Of a DNA stretch of 64,000 nucleotides, positions 19,086 to 27,946 are shown one piece after another. The first letter of the stretch is position 1. Each line of letters begins with the position of its first letter. Source of the DNA: Lentimicrobiaceae bacterium (lineage in GTDB: Bacteria; Bacteroidota; Bacteroidia; Bacteroidales; UBA4417). Under the pieces are notes generated by a model. The model searched no databases and was not told the origin of the DNA. It saw only the letters and a program-made list of their open reading frames with translations. The translations under genes and the position numbers were made by a program. The stretch spans positions 917 through 64,916 of the forward strand of contig JBGSUB010000019.1 in assembly GCA_041753535.1 (NCBI GenBank), read 5' to 3'.

Positions 19086-20381
19086 ATGAAAACCAAGAAA
19101 TTATTCATCGCCGCCCCTTTAATGATCCTGATGCTGATGAGCATAGTCTCCTGCAAGGACAGTTCGGTCGAATTCCGCAAGTACACTGCCAATGTTCCGC
19201 AGTATATGTCGTACGATGAAATGCGCCAGCCGGCTAAATCAACTCCGGCCACCGCGATTGAATCAGCCGGGAAAATATACATACAGGGGAATTACCTGTT
19301 TGTAAACGAAAAATACAAAGGCATCCATGTGTTTGATAACACAAATCCTGCTTCACCGGTAAATATTACCTTTATCGATATTCCAGGCAATGTCGACCTG
19401 GCCATCAGGGGTAATTACCTGTATGCCGATAATTATGTGGACCTTGTAGTACTCGATATTTCGAATATCAGTTCTCCTATCGAGATTGCACGTATTAAGG
19501 ATATTTTCCCATACACTATTCCTGAAACCGAAGAAGCATACCCGATTTCCGAGATCAGCCAGGATAAAGGAGTAATTGTGGGGTGGCAGGTTAAAGAAGT
19601 TACTGAAGAAGTGGATATCAACGGGTCGTCACCTTATTATTACTTTGACAAGGGTAGCGATATCTTCATGATGAGAGAAACAACTTCTCTTGGCGGTGCT
19701 CCAACCAATCAGTCTGTTGGTATAGGTGGCTCCATGGCCAGGTTTATCATTAACGGCGAACAATTCTATGGTTTAAACCAGACCAACATGCAGGTTATCG
19801 ATATCAGCCAGCCATTCAGGCCGATAGTCGGCACAAAAATCGAAATGCAACGGATGGTTGAAACCGTGTTTATCGACAGCACGTATCTTTTTGTCGGCAC
19901 ACAAACCGGCATGTTAATCTATGATGTTTCATATGCTAATGCGCCGGTTTTCAAATCGGAATACAGCCACATGCAGAGTTGCGACCCAGTTGTAGTAAAG
20001 GATAAGCTGGCTTATGTTACATTGCGTCAGGGCAACCGTTGTGGAAACTGGCTAAGTGTGCTGGAAGTAATTGATCTTCACGATATCATGAATCCCACCT
20101 TGCTGAAAACCTATACCATGACCGAACCTTATGGACTGGGTATTGACAACAATACACTTTTTGTTTGCGATGGACCTGCAGGTTTGAAAATATATGATGC
20201 TACCGATCCATTGCAGATTGATACACATATTCTGAAACAATACACCGAACTGAATGCTTTTGATGTAATACCTTTCGGTGAAGTGCTGATTATGATTGCT
20301 GCCGATGGAATTTACCAGTACAGTTATTCTGACTTACAGAATATTACGCAGCTGAGCAAGATCCCGATTGCAGGAAAGTAG
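19086..20381 (+). CDS. LVIVD-repeat beta-propeller lipoprotein
   Basis: It has a lipobox (MSIVSC). Motifs of the type hhVhDhSNPxxP recur: IHVFDNTNPASP, LVVLDISNISSP, MQVIDISQPFRP, LIYDVSYANAP, VIDLHDIMNP, KIYDATDPLQ. Confidence 0.75.
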   Translation: MKTKKLFIAAPLMILMLMSIVSCKDSSVEFRKYTANVPQYMSYDEMRQPAKSTPATAIESAGKIYIQGNYLFVNEKYKGIHVFDNTNPASPVNITFIDIPGNVDLAIRGNYLYADNYVDLVVLDISNISSPIEIARIKDIFPYTIPETEEAYPISEISQDKGVIVGWQVKEVTEEVDINGSSPYYYFDKGSDIFMMRETTSLGGAPTNQSVGIGGSMARFIINGEQFYGLNQTNMQVIDISQPFRPIVGTKIEMQRMVETVFIDSTYLFVGTQTGMLIYDVSYANAPVFKSEYSHMQSCDPVVVKDKLAYVTLRQGNRCGNWLSVLEVIDLHDIMNPTLLKTYTMTEPYGLGIDNNTLFVCDGPAGLKIYDATDPLQIDTHILKQYTELNAFDVIPFGEVLIMIAADGIYQYSYSDLQNITQLSKIPIAGK

Positions 20382-20588
20382 ATAGAATTGTAGATGGGGG
20401 AAAACAGAGTAAGGAAGAATGATCAACGAATCCGTACAAGAAATCTGCGAACCAGGCATAAATTACTGTTGTGCCGGGACGAATAACTGAGGTTTATCAG
20501 AAACATCGACCACAAGGGGAGGACAATTGTCAATTAGGTTTATGACTCAACCGTAGACATTGACTGAATTGTCTTCTTTGGTCAAAGA

Positions 20589-22166
20589 TTATAGTTTTAA
20601 GAATTCCCTGCTTGTTACCGAGTTCGAATTTGTGACTTTTATAATATAAGTTCCTTTCGCCAACTTACTGATGTTGAGATTTTCGTGGACTGACCTTGCC
20701 TCACAATTCAGGATTAACCTGCCTGAACCATCAAATACCGAAATCTTTGATCCAGGCATAAGGTTTTTAATCATCAAAAAATCTTTTGCAGGAACCGGGT
20801 AAACCAGGATGGTGCTTGCTTCCGGATTCTGATTAACTCCGGTTATCTGGTGAAGTGAGTAATAATATTCAAGTTTAGAGATATAAATCCATGAACCGTT
20901 GCTATCATCCCAATCGCTTGTATTCATAGAAGTCTGATTTCCATATTGATCGTAGGAATATTCATGTTTTTGTATTCCAAACCAAATACTCCCTGACCAA
21001 TAATATGACCCTTCTTCAAGTAGGTGGCCATCTGTATCATATTGGTATTCGTCTTTCATATACCAAAACCAGGATTGTGTTCCACTTTCCCAAATACTTT
21101 GGAGTATCTGGGTGGGTTGATTATCCAAAGTATAAGAATAATCAAGTTTTGAATACAATATCCAGCCACTTATTGTTTCTTCCCATGAAAAGGTGATTTG
21201 TTCAGTAATATTACCATTTGTGTCAAATGCATAAGTGTGCCTATTATACTGCAGCCATTCATTTATTTCATTTTTCCAGAGAAAATAGATAATTTCTGTT
21301 CTGTTTGAAGCTGAATCGTAAGCAAATATCTCTTTGCGGTAGTAAATTAAACTATCTATCGATTCATCGCGCTCGCAATTTATATGCTCAGCCAAATTTC
21401 CTGAAGTGTTATAGCTATATGTATCTTTCTCTTCATTTTTCCACGAATTCAATATCGGGTCCCAGATGAAATAGGAATAATCAACAAGATGGAAAACACT
21501 ATCGTATGTGTGTAAATCTTTTATGCTATATATCCAGGCATTTAAAGTTTCATCCCAACCATAAACTACCCATTCTGTTTCCTGTCCAGTTATATTATAT
21601 GCAATAGTCAGTCTTTGGATCAATCGCCATTCATTGGTAGCTGAATTCCAGGACCAGTCAATAATTTCGGTTATTTGTGAATTGGTATTATACGCGTAAT
21701 GTCTTTTGAGAAAGGCTATATATGTCGCTGTAGTTGAATTCCAGGTATTGTATATACTTTCTTCAATATTTCCATCAGGATAATAGCTTTTAACAAAAGA
21801 TTCCTGGGGGATAAATACACTTGAATTGGGATTCCACATATCAGTTTTATTTTGAATTTCGTTTCCATCATCATTGTATACTGAAACTTCTCTCCATAAT
21901 ACTTCCCAATCAGTTCCTTGCTCATCCCAGCCAAACCAGTAAGTAGAATCTTTCAGATAGGTTCCGCCATCAGAGCTTTTAATTTTAGTCAGAGTGGTTG
22001 CATTTTCTGACCGATTGAAAATGTGCCGCGAATATGTCGGATCAAGATTCTTCCCGGGGAATTTCCCATACTTAGGTTGCGATCCATGTTCCTGATTTTG
22101 AAATGGTTGTGCCTCAATAAAGCTGAAACAACAAAAGCTGGCGATAAGCAGAAAAAGAATTTTCAT
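20589..22166 (-). CDS. T9SS-secreted protein made of ~45-50-aa Trp-rich YD-like tandem repeats
   Basis: It has a signal peptide. About 8-9 repeats fit Y.YD..GN.TE....W......W......Y.Y. The CTD is VYPVPAKD...REFLKL. Confidence 0.75.
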   Translation of the reverse strand: MKILFLLIASFCCFSFIEAQPFQNQEHGSQPKYGKFPGKNLDPTYSRHIFNRSENATTLTKIKSSDGGTYLKDSTYWFGWDEQGTDWEVLWREVSVYNDDGNEIQNKTDMWNPNSSVFIPQESFVKSYYPDGNIEESIYNTWNSTTATYIAFLKRHYAYNTNSQITEIIDWSWNSATNEWRLIQRLTIAYNITGQETEWVVYGWDETLNAWIYSIKDLHTYDSVFHLVDYSYFIWDPILNSWKNEEKDTYSYNTSGNLAEHINCERDESIDSLIYYRKEIFAYDSASNRTEIIYFLWKNEINEWLQYNRHTYAFDTNGNITEQITFSWEETISGWILYSKLDYSYTLDNQPTQILQSIWESGTQSWFWYMKDEYQYDTDGHLLEEGSYYWSGSIWFGIQKHEYSYDQYGNQTSMNTSDWDDSNGSWIYISKLEYYYSLHQITGVNQNPEASTILVYPVPAKDFLMIKNLMPGSKISVFDGSGRLILNCEARSVHENLNISKLAKGTYIIKVTNSNSVTSREFLKL

Positions 22167-22298
22167 AATAAAAATTAATGAATGTAGATTATTCTAATAT
22201 AATAGACACTTGAAAACGGTTTTACCCCTACGCCCCTGAAAAATAAATTTTGATATAGAAGTTTTATCTAATTCGATTGACAGGATTTTTACGATTGT

Positions 22299-23165
22299 TT
22301 ACGTCCTGATCCTCTCAAATCCTTTCCCATACACTCCCATCACGTTGGTAACCGACATAAATGCATCGCGGTCGACCTCTTTGATGATGCGGAAAATCTG
22401 GCTGGCTTCGGGTTTTTTTACCATTACAAGCAGGACTTTGGTTTGTTCGCCGGTGTACCAGCCTTTGCCGTCGATAATGGTAACTCCCCGCAGTACTTCC
22501 TTCCCGATGCGGTTGGCTATTTCATCGTAATTTTTCGAAAAAATAAAAATCTGAACCGATTGCTTCGACCCTGTAAATAACAAATCGATGGTGTAAGAAG
22601 TTATGCCCATGGCTACATAGCCGTAAACGATCTTTTCGATGGAACCAAAAATAAAGTAAGACGAAGCTATTATAAAAACATCGAGGTAAAGGATAATCCT
22701 GCCCGGACTGATATTCCGGTATTTATTGATGATCATGGCAATTATATCCGTTCCGCCGGTGCTGCCTCCCTGTGTAAAAACAATGCCTACACCTGCCCCG
22801 CCGAGTATTCCTCCCAGGACTGTCGACAGGAAGACATCGTTAATAATCGGTTTAGTTATCAATTGCTGCAAAAGCGAAAACAGCACCGAAAGCATCACCA
22901 CACTGAAAATGGTTTTTACTACAAACCCCTTCCCGAGAATTCTAATCGCAAACACAATTAGTATAGCGTTTATAATCAGGTAAGTTATACCAAGCGGGAA
23001 ACCTGTACCATAAAAAATCAGGGTTGATACACCGGTAATCCCGCCACCGGTAATCTGGGCAGGAATCAGGAAGGCCGTCCAGCCTAACGCATTGATTAGC
23101 AAACCTAAAGTGATGATCAGGTGTGCCCTGATCGTACCTGCATTTATATGTTTAAACATCTTCAT
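22299..23165 (-). CDS. YitT family membrane protein (DUF2179 C-terminal domain)
   Basis: It has 5-6 TM helices with GGGITG/GGSTGGTDI motifs, and a C-terminal soluble domain (VTIIDGKGWYTGE...VTNVMGVYGKGF). Confidence 0.8.
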   Translation of the reverse strand: MKMFKHINAGTIRAHLIITLGLLINALGWTAFLIPAQITGGGITGVSTLIFYGTGFPLGITYLIINAILIVFAIRILGKGFVVKTIFSVVMLSVLFSLLQQLITKPIINDVFLSTVLGGILGGAGVGIVFTQGGSTGGTDIIAMIINKYRNISPGRIILYLDVFIIASSYFIFGSIEKIVYGYVAMGITSYTIDLLFTGSKQSVQIFIFSKNYDEIANRIGKEVLRGVTIIDGKGWYTGEQTKVLLVMVKKPEASQIFRIIKEVDRDAFMSVTNVMGVYGKGFERIRT

Positions 23166-23403
23166 TTTGAAAATTGCAATTTAATTCCTTCATTTTCAAT
23201 GGATTCAGAATACAGTTTTATTGCGGTTCCGATTCCGAGATTTCCTGGAATAAAACCTTTTCCAAAGATAAACAAGTTGAAAGTATTCTTTATAAAAAAC
23301 AAAAAGTCATGCATTATCCGGATTTATATAAAAGCACCGGGGAATAATCCGGCTTGCAATTAAACAATGTCGAAAGACTAATTGTTGCGAAAATGTAAAT
23401 GCC

Positions 23404-24954
23404 TTATTCAACGAATAGTTTCTGTGAAACAGAAAAGTCATTTCCCTCAATAACAAGTATATAAGAACCAGAAAGCAAATCATACAAGGGTATTTCAAGC
23501 TGGTTGGTTCCGGCATTTAATACTCTGCGGGAATTCCGGATAGTTATTCCATTGATTGACTGTATACTTACAGAATAATTTCCGGCTCTGGGTGCAGTTA
23601 CATTAATATTAACCTTTATGCTGGCAGGGTTTGGAAATACTTCAAACGAAGATTTTATTTCCGGTTCCGGTAAATTCACGCTCGAAAATTCGGAATATCG
23701 CATTATAACCATATCTTTTCCGGTATATTCAGTAGTTCCTGTATGACCTACACATACAATTCTGCCATCTGGTTGTATGAAAGATGACTTTCCCTGATCA
23801 TCCCTGTTCCCGAAATCAAACTCTATCATTCCATTAATGCCAAAGGTGCTATCCATATTTCCATCCGGAAGATACCGTATGATCACAAAATTGTATTTTT
23901 CGTCAAAGAGGTCCTTCTGGTACCTTCCTGTTGCCAGGATTCTGTTATCAGGCATAGCAATCACAGAAGTGGCTACATCCCAGGGGCCTCCCGAAAAGTG
24001 ATTCACTACTGCTCCATTGTTGCCAAACGCATTATCGAGTGAGCCATCCGTTGGATTTATCCGGTACAGCAGCCATAGTCCGTTCGAATGGCCAGAAACA
24101 ATTATTTTATCATCCTGTTGTATGGCAAGTCCGTAAGCATGATTTTCGAACTGAAAGTTATATTTCAGTAACCTTTTTCCATTTGTGCCAAAAGCAGTGT
24201 TTGCGCTTCCGTCAGGATTAAATTTCATTATTGATATCTGGTACAAATCCGAATCTCCTATAACAATGATATTGCCGTCGGAAAGGAAATTGATATTATA
24301 AATATAAGGATATCCTTCATATTTTGAAACAATTCCATTTGCCCCGAATGAAAGGTCAAACTCACCGTTGGTTTCAAGTCGGGCCAGAATTAATAAACCG
24401 GAAGAAGTCCCGGCAATTACTATTTTCCCGTCAGGCTGAACTTTCAGACAGTTGCTCCCGGAATAACTACCATCCGGATTTACAATCAGTTTTTCACCGT
24501 TGTCACCAAACGATATATCTTTACTACCATCGGCATTAAACTTTTGAACACACATTTGATCATTGCCAGGCAGGCTTTTTGTTCCGGCAATTATTAGTTT
24601 TCCATCAGCAAGTAATTCCATATTGGCAGAAGATAAATCAACTGAGAACCGGAGATCCGAATACACAATTCCTGTCGAATTAAAACTAAGATCAATGCTT
24701 CCATCGCTGTTGTGCCTGGTAATGAAACTTGTTACTGAATCACTACCGGTTGCTGTGTTGAAGAATCGGAATAAGCCTGATGTCAATATCTTCCCATCGG
24801 GCTGCACAATCACTTCGCCGGCTTCATCGTTGTAAGGCGTTAACTCCTCAATAGTATAACCACTTCCGCTGAAAGACGGATCCAGAAATTGGGATTGAGC
24901 ATTAGCAAGGGAATTTAGAGTAAGCAAGGATATAATTAAAAATGAATTTTTCAT
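23404..24954 (-). CDS. Delta-60 repeat (beta-propeller) protein with T9SS CTD
   Basis: The repeat D.SFG.NG......QPDGKI(V/L).(A/S)G recurs about 8 times. The CTD is VFPNPASIKV...QKLFVE. Confidence 0.8.
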   Translation of the reverse strand: MKNSFLIISLLTLNSLANAQSQFLDPSFSGSGYTIEELTPYNDEAGEVIVQPDGKILTSGLFRFFNTATGSDSVTSFITRHNSDGSIDLSFNSTGIVYSDLRFSVDLSSANMELLADGKLIIAGTKSLPGNDQMCVQKFNADGSKDISFGDNGEKLIVNPDGSYSGSNCLKVQPDGKIVIAGTSSGLLILARLETNGEFDLSFGANGIVSKYEGYPYIYNINFLSDGNIIVIGDSDLYQISIMKFNPDGSANTAFGTNGKRLLKYNFQFENHAYGLAIQQDDKIIVSGHSNGLWLLYRINPTDGSLDNAFGNNGAVVNHFSGGPWDVATSVIAMPDNRILATGRYQKDLFDEKYNFVIIRYLPDGNMDSTFGINGMIEFDFGNRDDQGKSSFIQPDGRIVCVGHTGTTEYTGKDMVIMRYSEFSSVNLPEPEIKSSFEVFPNPASIKVNINVTAPRAGNYSVSIQSINGITIRNSRRVLNAGTNQLEIPLYDLLSGSYILVIEGNDFSVSQKLFVE

Positions 24955-25320
24955 AAGGCTAATTATCTATTAATAATAAATCAGGTTTTTGAATGTGAGT
25001 TAGCAAAGCAATAACATAAAAATTCAGCTCATATCTATGACGACTATTATTCTATCTTATAGCTAAACAAATACAAGTGCTTATAGGGTACAGCCCGTTT
25101 GTATTGCATTTTCACTAACAAAAGTAAAATTATTTATGGATGAGTTACGAAAAAAAAATGTTATTTCAAACATTCATATTCTGATTGTTGTTGATTACGG
25201 ATTACAGATAAGGTCTTTAGCCTGAGCCTTAGTACAGAACTTCCCTCAATCACATGTTTTATAAAACTTTTTTTTGATTGATTTTGTTCTTCTTTATTGT
25301 TTAACCTTACTAAAAAATGT

Positions 25321-25974
25321 ATGATGAAAAATACCATTAACTCAAAAAGAACCGGGAAATTTTTAGTCCGGGCTGTTATATTTTCATTTGCACTGCTCTT
25401 GCTTAACTCCTGTAGCAAAGACAAAGAGTCCAACACTGACGATAACCTCGATGCCATTTCCTGGCCGCAGAAGTGGATACTCGCAACCGACTATGATGAA
25501 TCAACATACATGTATATTTATTCTAATGGTTCAGCTATTTACAGAGGAAAAGTGGAAAAATCCTATAGCCTGAATGACCTGGTTGATGAAAAAGACTGCC
25601 AGTTTGAAGTTAATCCTGTAGGTTATGGTGGAACCGATAAAATATATACTATACGCTCCGCACAAAACACTGATTACTGGTGGGGTGTATACAAGACATA
25701 TACACCTTTCGGGGAAGAACAATGGTATCTTGGCTCAAATGAAGATGATGAAGTTCCCTCCGGCGATGAATTCAGATTTTTACTGCATAGTATGCCTAAG
25801 GTTGATGGAAAAAGCACATACGCCATTGAAAGCTATCTTAAAAGGGGTCAATACCTGGATAATATAGGGCATAATTTCAGCGGGAACGGACTTTCTTTTA
25901 TTGCGTATGACAAACCTGACAATGCGCCCCGTTTTAAAGTTCTCTTTCCTCCTGGTACCGGTATAGGGAAGTAA
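25321..25974 (+). CDS. Hypothetical lipoprotein
   Basis: The start is refined to the ATG at 25321. It has a lipobox (LLLNSC). I recognised no family. Confidence 0.6.
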   Translation: MMKNTINSKRTGKFLVRAVIFSFALLLLNSCSKDKESNTDDNLDAISWPQKWILATDYDESTYMYIYSNGSAIYRGKVEKSYSLNDLVDEKDCQFEVNPVGYGGTDKIYTIRSAQNTDYWWGVYKTYTPFGEEQWYLGSNEDDEVPSGDEFRFLLHSMPKVDGKSTYAIESYLKRGQYLDNIGHNFSGNGLSFIAYDKPDNAPRFKVLFPPGTGIGK

Positions 25975-26200
25975 TAATTTTCGGGTTCCTTCATTCTAGA
26001 TAATCACTTAACTTGCATAGTTCTGATGTATTTGTTCATTGAGCATTTTAACTGCAAATGAGTGCTGTCATGTTCAAACATTCTCTAAAAATTATGCAAT
26101 ACTAAATCCAATACATATATGTTAATTAAACATATTTCCTTGTTTCACTTAATCCTTAAATTTTTTTTAAAGATTTTGTAACATCCTATAATATATATAT

Positions 26201-26208
26201 TACTTTTG
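26201..26208 (+). promoter_or_regulatory. -7 box TACTTTTG upstream of the 26323 gene
   Basis: It matches TAnnTTTG and lies 115 nt upstream of the ATG. Confidence 0.4.
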
Positions 26209-26322
26209 TGGAGTTTAGCATCAATTAATTGATCTTCATGCAATTCGATACTGATTCCAAATCAATCCTTTGCCAAAACTCTAATTAACCTTTAACCAAT
26301 TCCAAATCAAACAAACCTGCTT

Positions 26323-27828
26323 ATGAAAAAATTTACTCTTTTAGTTGCTTCACTTGTAACGGTAACACTTTTAGCCCAGGCACAAGTGCAACGCAACATG
26401 GTTGCCGTCGAAATCGGAACCGGTACATGGTGTACTTATTGCCCCGGTGCTGCCATGGGTGCTGACGACCTTGTTGCCAACGGTCACCGTGTTGCAATAA
26501 TCGAAAACCACAACGGTGATACCTATGCGAATACTTATTCGAATGCGCGAAATACTTACTACGCAATCAGCGGTTATCCAACTGCCAGGTTCGATGGAGG
26601 AAATGCTGTAGTTGGGGGCGATCATAATAACAGTATGTATTCTTCATACTTGCCTAAGTATAACCTGTGTATTGCTGTTCCATCACCTTTAGCTATCGAT
26701 TATACAGTAACCCGCACTGGTCAGCAGTTTGTTTTCGATTTCTCCATTACCAAAGTCGCCGCATTACCAAATGACCAGGTGGTTTTTCAGTTTGCTGTTA
26801 CTCAATCGGAAATATCGCAGTCGTGGCAGGGACAATCGCACCTGAATTTTGTGAACAGGCTTATGATTCCCGATCAGAATGGTACCGCACTTGATTTTAC
26901 AAGCACCGATGTTCAGAATGTAAATATAGTTGCTAACATTGATCCTTTGTGGCCCATGGAGGATATAGAGTTTGTCGCCTTTGTACAGGATAATTCAAAC
27001 AAAGCAATTCATAATACGGTTCGTCCGGTAATGAGCGATTTTGAGGCTACTTCACCAACCAATGCCTGCCAGAACAGCTATATTTCATTTGCTGACAACA
27101 GCGTTGGCCGTCCCTCGACCGTTTCCTGGTTATTCCCCGGTGGAGTACCAAGTACGTCCACTGTTGAAACGCCATCCATTTTGTACCCAAACCCGGGAAC
27201 ATATGATGTAATTATGGTGACTAAAACAGGACTTGAAGTTGATTCGGTTATAAAAGCTGATTATGTAACAATCCGACCAGGAGCCCTTACTACTACTCCG
27301 ACCGGACTTACACTTGTTTGCACTAATAACGTTAATCAAACAACTGACTATACCACAAACAGTGCTTCCGCAACTTCCTACATCTGGGAATTATACCCTG
27401 CCGCTGCCGGTACCATCACCAACAATGGTGCTTCATGTACCATTTTATGGACTAATAACTGGAACGGCATTTCGAGCCTCAGGGTCAGGGGAAGCAACGA
27501 TTGCGGCCTAGGCCCCTGGACTGTTTATATGGATATTTCCTGTACTTCATGTGTTGGTATTGACGAAAAAGATCAGGCTCAACCGGTCAGCGTTTATCCA
27601 AATCCTTCTTCAAGCAATATGAATGTGGCTGTAAATACCGGAACTTCTGAAATACTTAATGTGAAACTTATGAATGCATTGGGTACAGTTGTATATAATG
27701 AAAAAATAAGCACAACCGGAAAGATGAATCATACTATCAATGTTGGCAAGTTAGCCGAAGGTATGTATTTCCTCAACATTGAAGGCAAAAAACTCAATTA
27801 TTCTCAGAAAATTACGGTTCAACACTAA
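26323..27828 (+). CDS. Omp28-related / thioredoxin-fold CxxC protein with PKD domain and T9SS CTD
   Basis: It has a signal peptide and GTGTWCTYCPGA (CxxC at 26431-26442). A PKD-like segment reads WLFPGGVPSTS...GTYDVIMV. The CTD is VYPNPSSSNM...KITVQH. Confidence 0.75.
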   Translation: MKKFTLLVASLVTVTLLAQAQVQRNMVAVEIGTGTWCTYCPGAAMGADDLVANGHRVAIIENHNGDTYANTYSNARNTYYAISGYPTARFDGGNAVVGGDHNNSMYSSYLPKYNLCIAVPSPLAIDYTVTRTGQQFVFDFSITKVAALPNDQVVFQFAVTQSEISQSWQGQSHLNFVNRLMIPDQNGTALDFTSTDVQNVNIVANIDPLWPMEDIEFVAFVQDNSNKAIHNTVRPVMSDFEATSPTNACQNSYISFADNSVGRPSTVSWLFPGGVPSTSTVETPSILYPNPGTYDVIMVTKTGLEVDSVIKADYVTIRPGALTTTPTGLTLVCTNNVNQTTDYTTNSASATSYIWELYPAAAGTITNNGASCTILWTNNWNGISSLRVRGSNDCGLGPWTVYMDISCTSCVGIDEKDQAQPVSVYPNPSSSNMNVAVNTGTSEILNVKLMNALGTVVYNEKISTTGKMNHTINVGKLAEGMYFLNIEGKKLNYSQKITVQH

Positions 27829-27850
27829 ATCTTTCTTAAAAAAATTTAAA

Positions 27851-27877
27851 AGCCTGTCGTACTGACAGGCTTTTTTT
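27851..27877 (+). terminator. Rho-independent terminator
   Basis: AGCCTGTC-gtact-GACAGGCT forms an 8-bp stem followed by T7, 23 nt after the stop. Confidence 0.85.
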
Positions 27878-27878
27878 G

Positions 27879-27886
27879 TATTTTTG
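27879..27886 (+). promoter_or_regulatory. -7 box TATTTTTG for the 27947 gene
   Basis: It matches TAnnTTTG, sits immediately after the terminator and lies 61 nt upstream of the ATG. Confidence 0.45.
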
Positions 27887-27946
27887 CTTTCCATAAATAT
27901 CTGTTGTTTAATACATAACCCCAAAAATCAAACAAAATTTCGTCAC

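Noticed and set aside
20522-20573. There is a GACAATTGTC palindrome and an extended imperfect hairpin (GACAATTGTCAAT...ATTGAC-tg-AATTGTC) between convergent genes.
   Set aside because: It is most simply a weak bidirectional terminator. The 24-nt loop and the bulge make it unremarkable. It has no flanking T-run strong enough to list it as a confident terminator.
26117-26135. ATATGTTAATTAAACATAT is a near-perfect 19-nt AT-rich palindrome.
   Set aside because: It lies about 70 nt upstream of the promoter box in very AT-rich DNA, where such palindromes arise by chance. It also has one mismatched pair.
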